Shown: positions 1 to 9,100 of the stretch, piece by piece
Layout: the number at the start of each line of letters is the position of its first letter
Position numbering within the stretch: the first letter of the stretch is position 1
The notes under the pieces: generated by a model
The model's input: the letters and a program-made list of their open reading frames with translations, nothing else
What the model was told of the DNA's origin: nothing
Database searches by the model: none
Program-made: the position numbers and the translations under genes
Origin: Candidatus Bathyarchaeia archaeon
GTDB taxonomy: Archaea; Thermoproteota; Bathyarchaeia; Bathyarchaeales; Bathycorpusculaceae
Assembly (NCBI GenBank): GCA_038883795.1
Contig: JAVZLK010000004.1
Coordinates: forward strand, 14,496-78,495
Direction of reading: 5' to 3'
DNA: 64,000 nucleotides

Positions 1-2
1 AT

Positions 3-761
3 TTAATAAGGGCAGATGACTCAGCGGGTACAGTAATTATAGGCTCGAGCAATCTTACAAGTGCTGGATTCTTAAGAAACTTTGAAGTTAACATCGCACT
101 TGAATTAGACCTACACAATAAAGACGAGAAGGCGATCTTTAAAGGATTTGTCACAACGTTTAAGGATCTTCTGAAGGAAAGAAGCACACGTCCTCTCACG
201 CTGAAACTGCAGTCAGAGCTTCAGAAGAAAATAGAGAGAATCACTAAAACTGTCACTGAGACAAGGCATGGTCCAAGGCTTTCCGAGGGTTTCGAAGGCA
301 AAGATCACGGTTGGGAAATTCCCGTATTCGAAGGTAAGAATGCCTTCCTGATGACACTATCATACAACGACGTTTCTGGTGTACGGGGTGATCAGTATAT
401 AAGAATTCCTGTGGTTGCTGTAATTTCAAATCCTAAGTTCTGGGGTTGGCCAAAGTTATTCTCCCCTTCTGCCAAAGGATATCCTGAACGTCTTGTCGAC
501 GTTTTTTATAAAGGAAAGAGTTACCGATACAGATTTTATTTTGCAAAGATACCTGACGAATTCCGACTGGTTATGCCACAAATATACAACCTCGGAGCAG
601 CATATGAAGGAAATATCCTTAAGATTTCTAAAGGACCAAACAGGTATTCTTTGAAACTTATTTCGAAGACGGATAAGAACTTTGGGCAATACATGAAATA
701 TTGCACGGAGATATGCCCAAGAGGGCGGGCGAGAGTTCCAAAAAGGTGGGGTTACATTTAA
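3..761 (+). CDS. PLD/HKD-superfamily nuclease, C-terminal part (5' end outside window), with B3-like putative DNA-binding tail (BfiI/NgoFVII-like architecture)
   Basis: Frame 3 is open from nt 3 and runs straight into the listed 351..761 ORF. The first residues LIRADDSAGTVIIGSSNLTSAGF fit the distal half of the HxK(x)4D(x)nGSxN motif; the H and K would lie just upstream of the window. The tail LSYNDVSG..DQYIRIPVVAV..FWGWP resembles the B3/EcoRII-N type pattern. Confidence 0.55.
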   Translation, partial: LIRADDSAGTVIIGSSNLTSAGFLRNFEVNIALELDLHNKDEKAIFKGFVTTFKDLLKERSTRPLTLKLQSELQKKIERITKTVTETRHGPRLSEGFEGKDHGWEIPVFEGKNAFLMTLSYNDVSGVRGDQYIRIPVVAVISNPKFWGWPKLFSPSAKGYPERLVDVFYKGKSYRYRFYFAKIPDEFRLVMPQIYNLGAAYEGNILKISKGPNRYSLKLISKTDKNFGQYMKYCTEICPRGRARVPKRWGYI

Positions 762-783
762 ACGTAGAGGAAGGCCCCAGTGT

Positions 784-2211
784 TTGTATAACTGTGGATT
801 AAGAGAAGGATACCATCTCAAGGATTACCAAGAACCTTTGGTTAATGAAGCGCTTAACGAATTTGAATTAAAGGAAAAAAAGAATGTTTTCATCTCTCTT
901 CCTCAAGGCACTGGAAAAACAATAATTGCCTTAGCCACCTTGTCAAGGCTCATTAATGATGGCAAGGTAAAACGAGCGCTTGTCTTAATTCCCAGAAGAG
1001 TTTTGGTCAATCAGTGGGTAGACAGAGCACAAGAGATGTTCTATGGGCTGGGTCTAATAAAGAACCCAACACTATCGAAAGAACAAATAGGAAAGATAAG
1101 AGGATGGGTAAAGCACTCAGGTGCCGTTGGCATCGCCATGACCATGCAATCCTTCAAAAACATAATCAAAAAAGAATATTTTACAGAAAAAGACTTCGAC
1201 ATGGTTATCGTAGACGAAGCCGCCGACCTCGTCGTCTCCAGAGATTTCATTGAAGGCTTCAGAATGTCAAAATACCTGAAAGGCTTAGAAAAATGGAAAA
1301 TTCCAAAACTCTTCATATTACCTTACCATGTCAGAGAAAAGAAAATAATCGCACTAATAAAAAAATTCGGAACCAATTCCGCCCTAATCCGAAAAATGAT
1401 ATCAGAGACTAAATTAATGTGCACCGTACGAGACCCAATAATCATAGAGGACCCTATCATCAACATCTTCGTCGAAAAACTACAAGACGACTACAAAAAA
1501 ACCAAAACAAACGTGCACAGAATACTAACAAACCACGGAATCGAAGGCTACAGAGAAAACATCGAAACCCTTCTCAACCCCGAAACCCTCGACCGACTCA
1601 AAAAAGCCTATGGACTCGACGAAGAAACATGCCAACAAATCCAAGTACTAATAACCAAATACATCCTTGTACAACACATCCAAAAATGGTTCCTCTACTC
1701 TGGCAGATCAGAACTTGCTCGCAGTATACTCTCGGCTCAAAAAGACGTAAACAAATGGCTAAACTACGAGGACAAAAAACTAAATAAACTCATAGAAGAA
1801 GTCAAAACCCGCCTAAATCAAGGACAAAAAATCTACATCTTCTCACAATACGTAGCCACAGCCGAACTATTAACCACACACCTAACGGAAAAACTATCGC
1901 TAAAACCAAGAGACATCACACTAATCACAGGCGCCGACGAAGCAGACGCACAATTCGAAAAACTCAGCAGCTACAAAAAAGTAGGCAAAATCCTCGTAAC
2001 CACTCCAGTTTTTGACAAGGGCACAGACATTCCCCAAGCCGACGTAATTATCGTCTACACACCACCCCCCAGTAGCGAAAAACTACTCCAAGTCGTCGGA
2101 AGAATAAGAGGCGGCGAAGTCGTATTCTTGGCATACAAAGGCTACGAAGAAGAATCAATCAACCAAATAGCTGACATCTTGAGAAAATCATTCGCATCAA
2201 CTGCAGGGTGA
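784..2211 (+). CDS. Superfamily-2 helicase (DEAD/DEAH, ResIII-like)
   Basis: Walker A LPQGTGKT, motif II VIVDEAAD, C-terminal helicase lobe with motif VI QVVGRIRG. TTG start is uncertain. Lies 22 nt after the PLD gene. Confidence 0.85.
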   Translation: MYNCGLREGYHLKDYQEPLVNEALNEFELKEKKNVFISLPQGTGKTIIALATLSRLINDGKVKRALVLIPRRVLVNQWVDRAQEMFYGLGLIKNPTLSKEQIGKIRGWVKHSGAVGIAMTMQSFKNIIKKEYFTEKDFDMVIVDEAADLVVSRDFIEGFRMSKYLKGLEKWKIPKLFILPYHVREKKIIALIKKFGTNSALIRKMISETKLMCTVRDPIIIEDPIINIFVEKLQDDYKKTKTNVHRILTNHGIEGYRENIETLLNPETLDRLKKAYGLDEETCQQIQVLITKYILVQHIQKWFLYSGRSELARSILSAQKDVNKWLNYEDKKLNKLIEEVKTRLNQGQKIYIFSQYVATAELLTTHLTEKLSLKPRDITLITGADEADAQFEKLSSYKKVGKILVTTPVFDKGTDIPQADVIIVYTPPPSSEKLLQVVGRIRGGEVVFLAYKGYEEESINQIADILRKSFASTAG

Positions 2212-3113
2212 AAAAAATGGACATAATCGCCATATCCGACATCTACTCAGACATGCACACAATCCAAGAATTCATCCAAATCGCAAGCCAGACCACAGAC
2301 AACAAACCAATAATCGTCATAACTGGAGACATCGGAATAAGAACCACATCAACACACTACAAACAAGACATAAACAAAATAATCGATTCACTTTCAAAAA
2401 TCAGCAAACAAATCCTCTACATACCAGGCGACTCCGACAACAAACAACTCGAAATAACCTCATCCAACGCCAAAAACTTGGACAGACAAAACTATGTTAT
2501 AGACGACGGAGAAGTAAAAATCGGCTTATTAGGGCTCGGAGGAGCCCCAACACACAGCATGAGAAGCACTGATCTCTCGCCTTATTTATGGGATGAAAGC
2601 ATTCCAATGGTTGCTGAAGACCTCCTAACAGAACTGAAGATAAACATAGAGAAAATAGCACAAGCACAACCAGACCACATAATCCTAATTACTCATTCCC
2701 CACCATACGGCATAGCCGATCGTTCAAAACCAATAACCCTACAAGAAATGCTCGTCTTAGAAGACATATTAGAGGAGCTAAAAGGAGAAACAAAAACAGA
2801 AACCGAAGAAAACACCAAAAAGACACCAACAAGCATAAGACACCTCGGCTCCAGAACTATAAGCAATTTCGTCAAATACTACAAACCAGACATCCACATC
2901 TTCGGACACGTACACAAGGAAGGCGGTAAAACCGAAACCCAAGAAGCAACAAAATTCTTCAACATAAGCCACTTATCCCCACTACCCTACAAACTCACAG
3001 GAAGAAAATACCTACACCTAAAAATAACCAAACAAAAAATCACCGCAACTTTCGACCACGCAATAACAGAAAGGAACATACCATTTAGTGAATTTGTCGA
3101 AAAATACCTATAA
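2208..3113 (+). CDS. Calcineurin-like metallophosphoesterase
   Basis: Motifs ISDIYSDMH, ITGDIG, ITHSPP, FGHVH; motif III is divergent (IPGDSDN). GTG start overlaps the helicase stop (GTGA at 2208-2211); an alternative ATG is at 2217. Contains a K/E/T-rich insertion. Confidence 0.75.
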   Translation: MKKMDIIAISDIYSDMHTIQEFIQIASQTTDNKPIIVITGDIGIRTTSTHYKQDINKIIDSLSKISKQILYIPGDSDNKQLEITSSNAKNLDRQNYVIDDGEVKIGLLGLGGAPTHSMRSTDLSPYLWDESIPMVAEDLLTELKINIEKIAQAQPDHIILITHSPPYGIADRSKPITLQEMLVLEDILEELKGETKTETEENTKKTPTSIRHLGSRTISNFVKYYKPDIHIFGHVHKEGGKTETQEATKFFNISHLSPLPYKLTGRKYLHLKITKQKITATFDHAITERNIPFSEFVEKYL

Positions 3114-3185
3114 TGGGATGAACAACAATAAATCCTAACCTCCGAAAACCCCCTTACATTATTGCCTCTTCAAGCAAAGTATTAT

Positions 3186-3560
3186 TTAGTCTTCTTCGCG
3201 CCCAGGCGTTAGGTATCTATACAAAAACGTAATGATGCTTCCAAACGCTGTTCCAAAAATGAAAGCAACCGTCTCTCCGCCCAACTTCCCAACAAGAGCC
3301 AATGCACTTGTCACACCAACTATCAAGAACATAAGAGCTATGAAACCTATCGTTGTCGAAAGAGCAAGTTTTGTCTCAGCCTTAATCTCCTCAGGATTCC
3401 CGCTTATTCTAAACGCAATCGACTCCAAAATCTTGCCCATAGGCTCAGGATATTTATTTAATAGATCCTTAATTATGTCAAGCACTTTATCAATCGTTTG
3501 TTGCTGTGAACTCGGTTCTGGCTTCTTTTCTTTATCAGACTTCCTTTCAGAATTGCTCAT
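3186..3560 (-). CDS. Small membrane protein, hypothetical
   Basis: ATG ORF with charged N-terminus and two C-terminal hydrophobic helices. TTTATAT-like element about 30 nt upstream on the minus strand. Confidence 0.5.
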   Translation of the reverse strand: MSNSERKSDKEKKPEPSSQQQTIDKVLDIIKDLLNKYPEPMGKILESIAFRISGNPEEIKAETKLALSTTIGFIALMFLIVGVTSALALVGKLGGETVAFIFGTAFGSIITFLYRYLTPGREED

Positions 3561-3674
3561 GACAACACCAACTTTTTATTTGCTCATTTTTGATATAAAT
3601 CTTCAAAACTATATGAAATTCTCCTTTTCGCATAGACAATAATGTAGCTGATATGAAAAAGCTTTGCGCCGAAC

Positions 3675-4307
3675 TCAGCGAAGGAGATATGGAAGTATCT
3701 TAGTCAAATCTTTGTCTTCAATTACTGCATCTGCTGCCTTCTTTACTTGCACATCATCTGTATTGAAAGCGATGCTAAACCCAGCATCTCTAAACATTGG
3801 AACATCAAAAACGGTATCCCCTATGACCACGCATTGCTGTAAAGTCGCGTCCTCCATCAAAACAAGTTCTCTTAACACTGCGATTTTATTCAGAGGATTA
3901 ACTATTTCTTCACCTTCTCCAGTGAGAGCTCCATTTTCATCAATAACTATTCTATTAGCAAACACATAGTCAATTTTGAGTTCATGCTGGATGCGTTCTG
4001 CAAGAATTGAAATTCCCGCACTGATAATGGCTGTTTTGTATCTCGCTTTTTTAAGTTCAGCAACGGTGATATTTGCTCCAGTCATCAGTGGGACTTTTGC
4101 CAAGATGTTTTTAATGACGCTAACGTTCGTTTTGCCCCAAAGTGCGATGTCTTTTCTCATAAATTCGCTGTAATTAATCTCATGGTTGAGAAATTGTCTT
4201 AGATTCTCTGTGTTATCTATATTGAATTCTCTGTGGACAAATTGCCAGCTACTATCAATGTCAACCAAGACTCCATCCATGTCAAAAACAACTATTCTTA
4301 TATCCAA
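3675..4307 (-). CDS. HAD-superfamily phosphatase (phosphoserine phosphatase SerB-like, subfamily IB)
   Basis: Motif I VVFDMDGVLV, SAG motif II, distal GDTVFDVPMF motif. Confidence 0.75.
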   Translation of the reverse strand: MDIRIVVFDMDGVLVDIDSSWQFVHREFNIDNTENLRQFLNHEINYSEFMRKDIALWGKTNVSVIKNILAKVPLMTGANITVAELKKARYKTAIISAGISILAERIQHELKIDYVFANRIVIDENGALTGEGEEIVNPLNKIAVLRELVLMEDATLQQCVVIGDTVFDVPMFRDAGFSIAFNTDDVQVKKAADAVIEDKDLTKILPYLLR

Positions 4308-4329
4308 TCTGCAAACCTACGACACTTGC

Positions 4330-4764
4330 TCAATTAACAGCAACAGAGTTAACGAAGTATGCTAACACGAAACCGAAAAATATCACGCCTAAATAGACGG
4401 TCATTGCACATATCCAGTGAAGGAGCGTAAGTTTAGGGCTCGTCAGCTTTGTAGTGATCTGAAGTTTGTCTTTATACTTAGGAATACTCTCAATTTGCTT
4501 TGCATGCTCTACTGAGATAAGCATTAGCTTGTAATGCAGTATATCTAAGAGGAAAATTGGAATTAAATATATTGACCCGAGAGCTATTATCAATGAGGTA
4601 GCAGTAACACCCCATACTCTGATATTCTGAGTATATTGAAAAGACGCCAAACCAATTGCTTGAATAGCGGTTCCTATTGGAATACCTTGTAACCTTAGGC
4701 GAATTGTTGCATCATCAAAATGCTTTATTCTGTCCTTTGCCATCTCCCAATCTTTCAACACCAA
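4330..4764 (-). CDS. Membrane protein, hypothetical
   Basis: Four hydrophobic segments; no recognisable motif. Confidence 0.45.
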   Translation of the reverse strand: MVLKDWEMAKDRIKHFDDATIRLRLQGIPIGTAIQAIGLASFQYTQNIRVWGVTATSLIIALGSIYLIPIFLLDILHYKLMLISVEHAKQIESIPKYKDKLQITTKLTSPKLTLLHWICAMTVYLGVIFFGFVLAYFVNSVAVN

Positions 4765-5047
4765 ATCCGTTTCTTTCTCTTCCAGACAAAAACCTCCAAA
4801 CAGGCTGTTCTATCTTTATCTTATATTAGCTTTTTCTCTTAGCACGGTGTACGACTTGACGAAGACGAAGTCTACGAACTGAACGGAATGATTCTATGCT
4901 GGGGCTGCTACAACGAAGAGGAAGACTTACGCACAATAGAAGAAAAATGGATAGAATAACTGCCTTCAAAAAGCCTCCCAAGCTTTTTCGACAAGTCGCT
5001 TCCAGGCTCATACCTTGCTTAATATAAAGTGCATAACTCTCAATTAA

Positions 5048-5806
5048 TTAATCAAGCTTATCGATCCGCTTAACCCTTTCAGCTATTGACGGATGAGTCT
5101 CAGACGGTTCTTCCAAGCTCTTTCCATTCGCAAATTTCAACAAGGCTGACTTAATGTGCCCTTTACCAACAAGTTTAGCAGCAAACCTATCAGCGTCCAG
5201 TTCAGTATACCAGTTTATAGGAATCATAACCAAAAACACAAAAGCTAACACAGAAATATTCAACATAACCGTCAAAATAATCTGCGTTACAGATTCAGAA
5301 AAGAAAATCGGCGAATATAGCTTAGACCAACTCAACATCAAAACAGTAAAAAGAAGGACAAACCAAACAATTCTGACAACCACATGCCTTCTCTTCATAT
5401 GCCCCAACTCATGAGCAACCACAGCTTGACGCTCATCAAAACTCAGCTTCTTCAGCAAATCTATTCCAAGCACCAGCGACTTTCCCATAACATAAGCAGT
5501 ATCAGCTCTCACTATCCCAAGCTCCTTAACCTCAACACCAGCTCTCTTGGACAAACCCAAAATCTCAGCAGAAACCGGAAGCTTAACCCTACTTTTATGT
5601 AATGCAAACTGTCTAAAAGTCAAAATAAAATGAGACGCGGCAACAGGCAAGAAAAAAGCACTCGCCACAATAAACACAACGAACGCTACAAGCTTGACAA
5701 TCATAAACGGAAAAGTGCCAAAAAGAGTCATCGCCAAAACAACAAGATAATACAATGCAAACCTTTTCCTGAAACTTTTGATAAAATTCCAAAATTCACG
5801 CAGCAT
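5048..5806 (-). CDS. M48-family (HtpX-like) membrane zinc metalloprotease
   Basis: HELGHMKRRH (HExxH) flanked by TM helices. Likely start is MLREFWNF (ATG at 5804-5806), 4 nt after the stop of the upstream RHH gene, with GAGG upstream. Confidence 0.8.
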   Translation of the reverse strand: MLREFWNFIKSFRKRFALYYLVVLAMTLFGTFPFMIVKLVAFVVFIVASAFFLPVAASHFILTFRQFALHKSRVKLPVSAEILGLSKRAGVEVKELGIVRADTAYVMGKSLVLGIDLLKKLSFDERQAVVAHELGHMKRRHVVVRIVWFVLLFTVLMLSWSKLYSPIFFSESVTQIILTVMLNISVLAFVFLVMIPINWYTELDADRFAAKLVGKGHIKSALLKFANGKSLEEPSETHPSIAERVKRIDKLD

Positions 5807-5810
5807 ATCA

Positions 5811-6020
5811 CTACCTCTTTTTCGTGATTTTCTCCTTTGTTTCCTGCTGCAACTTCGAAATCTCATTTAAGTTTGAAACAACCTCTTCAGGAAATTGAAA
5901 ACCTTTGCTAACCAAGAACTCTATCAATTCGCTGCGGCTCATTCCAAGAGCTTTCGATGTCTTATCTATTTTCTCAACACTTTCTTCAGAAAGCGCGAAG
6001 CTTATAATCTTCTTTGGCAT
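5811..6020 (-). CDS. Ribbon-helix-helix (CopG-like) DNA-binding protein
   Basis: N-terminal beta-strand-like KKIISFALSEESVEKID followed by the helix pair GMSRSELIEFLV. Tightly coupled to the M48 peptidase gene. Confidence 0.6.
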   Translation of the reverse strand: MPKKIISFALSEESVEKIDKTSKALGMSRSELIEFLVSKGFQFPEEVVSNLNEISKLQQETKEKITKKR

Positions 6021-6170
6021 AATAAATTATTAATCTTAATAGCCATATAAAACTTACGCTGCAAACTCTTCTTGTTTGGTCTGCAACTTAGAAGTCTTTA
6101 AAGATCATCAATTTATGCATCCAAAGTTATGTATTTATGCTGAAATTGCTTATTTGTAACTGGGAATAAC

Positions 6171-9100
6171 TTGATTTCGAAAGAAGATATCGAGAATATG
6201 GCGGCAGAAATCGCTGCAGAGTACGCACATTCTCCTATAAGACTTATTGAAGATTCCAGATCTGAAAGGAATATTGCAGAGAGTGAACAGGGAAGATATG
6301 TCCTCGAGCTTCTACAAAATGCAGATGACGCACAAATACCAGATACTTCAGATGACACTATCAAAATTGGGCAACCTGAAGTTGTTTTTTTGGTCACAGA
6401 TAAATATCTCTATTGCGCGAACGGTGGCTTTCCAATATCAAAAGAAGGACTAAGGTCAATTTGCCGTGCCTTCTTAAGTCCTAAGAGAAAAAACGCTCCG
6501 GTGATCGGTTTTAAAGGTATAGGTTTTAAATCAGTCTTAGCGTTAACGGAACAGCCTGAAATTTTTTGGTCGGATGGAGGTGTTTACTTCTCGAGAGAAC
6601 GAACTTTTGAATATTTAAAACTAAAAGCACCCAATGCCTTAGCTGATGTAAATCCTGATGAGGTGCCAATCCTTAGATGCCCTCATCCCATCGATCTGAA
6701 TTTAGCGCTCAAAGAAGACCCAACTCTCAAGAGTTTACTAACCAATTCAGCAACAGTGTTTCGATTCCCGCTGATCAATGACACAACCAGACAGAATCTC
6801 GTTAACAGGCTTAATGATATTAAAGCTTCAACGGTGCTGTTTCTAAATAATCTTAAAACAATCAAGATCGTAATTGATGGAGACGTCAAAATCTACAGGA
6901 TTTCAAAAGAGAACGCTAAATTTGATGAGGGAAATGGTGTCACTTATGACATTGCCCATGCGCACATACAAGATGAGGAAAGCAAGTCTAACTGGATAAT
7001 AATTTCGGGTATTTATAAACTTCCTCTTGAAATAAAAAAACGATTGTCGCTTACTTGGAAGGATACTGATTATATAAGAATATCTTATGCCGTTGAAGTG
7101 AATGATTTAGGCAAACCTATTCCGTGTTCAGAGTACCCCCTTCTGCATGTGTTCTTTCCTACGGAGGAACGAATTCCGTTTCGAATACTCATACACGGAA
7201 CTTTCAAAACCAATGTGGATAGACGTCTTTTGACCCAAGAAGATCCGTTGAACGACTACGCCATAACAAAGTCTATTGAACTACTTAGAGACAAAGTATT
7301 ACCCCTAATATCAGAAGAACTCGATGACCCAGGCAAAATTATGGATTTTCTTCAACCTCCTAAAGACTTAAACATATCAAGCACGGAAGGGAAGATATGG
7401 ACTGAATTGTGCGAAGACCTCAGAAATCATAAATTTGTGCCAAACCGTCGCAATAACAAAAAGCTTTCTCCACAAGAAGTGATCTTGTCCCCTATCCCAC
7501 GTGATGTGGAAGTTTTCAAATATCTCACTGAAAATAAACTAACTGACAGGTTTTGCTATGATACTATTGACATAAACGAAGACAGACGGCAAACATTGCA
7601 AAACTTTGGCGCAAAGGTTTTAGAAGTGACAGAATTGCCTAAATTTTTCGAGGATAACTTTACCCATGAAATCAAATGGGTTGCAAATATGTATGCACTT
7701 TTGGATAACATTTCAAGCTATTTAGAATCTATCAATCCAACGCAAAAGAAAGTATTTATTGAAGAGATCAAAAAGAGAAAATTGCTTCTTCTCGCAGGCG
7801 GTGAAACAGTAGCCGCGGAATTGATAACCCATGAAGGGGCGATTTTCTTCCCTCCGACAGCAGCTGTGCCAACTCCCCCCAAAGGATTAAATTTGCGTTT
7901 TCTGGAACGTTCAGTAATAGACGAGTATCTAAAAATCATTTCGAAGACGGTGAGACAGACATTCTTCGTAAGAGATCTCGAAATCGAGGAATATGCCGCA
8001 ATTCCAGTAATTACGAAGATTATCCTTCCTGCCATAAGAGAATTCTGGCAGCAATGGCCTACTAAAAAGATCTTTGAACCAGAAAAAGTATTGCAGTTTC
8101 TTTACGCTCTTTTAGGCGATGATCTGCCTAAAGATGAACGGTTAAAGGCGATAAGTCTAATGCCAGTCCCCGTAAAGGGTGAGCCCTATTATGCTCCTGC
8201 ATGTGATACATATGCGTCGAAAGAATGGACTGGAAATGATAGCCTCGAATTCATTTATGGTTCCGAGTCTGCCTTCTTAGCTCCTCCCGATAACATGTTG
8301 AATGATGAGCTATTTGGAAAAATGAAATTGTTTTATCAATGGCTTGGAGTAGCTTGGCTACCACGAATTATCTCACAATTCAAGGATTTTGAAGAAAACA
8401 AATGGCGTTCATGTCGTTGGACATATGAAAAACGCTTTGAAAGCCCCCACTCTAAACTTCCGAATTGGGAAAAGTATTGCAAAACGGTTTACGAAGAATG
8501 CGAACCTCTTGGCGGCGAAAGCCCATTTCAAAAATATGAAACATTGTTAGAAACCTCTTGGGCTCTTGATAGATTTGACAAAATAGTAACAGACCCTGAG
8601 AAATCCAGAAGGCTTTTGTCAATACTCGCTGCCAACTGGGACACGCATTACTCTAAATTTGTAAAGTGTACAGTTCTTTGGCGCACCAAGTCGCAACAAT
8701 ACTACCGATTTTCGGAGGTTACTTCGTACTTCTTTTGGCAATTGACCCGTAGTTCATGGGTACCGTCATCAAAATTTGATATTTGGTCGTTCAGAAAACC
8801 CTCTGAGCTGTTCATCAAAACAGAATCTGTTTACAATGAACTTGGCGATCTAATACCGTATGTTGAAGTTAGTACAGATGGAGAACGCATACTACTTACA
8901 AGGCTTGGAGTAAAAACGAGTCTTGATGACTTAACAGCAGAAGATTGGTGGCGCATAGCAATAGACATACCTCGATTATTAAATCCTGATGAAAGAGTTG
9001 TACGGCCTCTTTACCGAAAAATGATGCAAGTAAAAGACATAGAAAAAGAGAGTAATAACAGAACAGATTTTATGTCAAACGGTAAGCTTTTGGCATTAGT

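Noticed and set aside
351-761. Listed as an independent 136-aa ORF.
   Set aside because: The same frame is open back to nt 3 with PLD-motif residues, so this is the C-terminal part of a longer gene that starts outside the window.
2208-2260. Apparent loss of the first metallophosphoesterase motif (SDIY instead of DxH).
   Set aside because: A DMH triplet follows three residues later (SDIYSDMH). The motif may simply be offset, and this cannot be judged without an alignment.
4326-4336. An extra copy of TTGCTCAAT, similar to the 10454-10517 palindrome motif.
   Set aside because: A single 8-9-mer match is expected by chance in 64 kb on two strands, and there is no partner inverted copy nearby.
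4826-5011. 61-aa minus-strand ORF in the gap between the membrane protein gene and the M48 gene.
   Set aside because: It has no motif, an arginine-rich low-complexity tail and no convincing promoter or SD spacing. Evidence is insufficient to call it.
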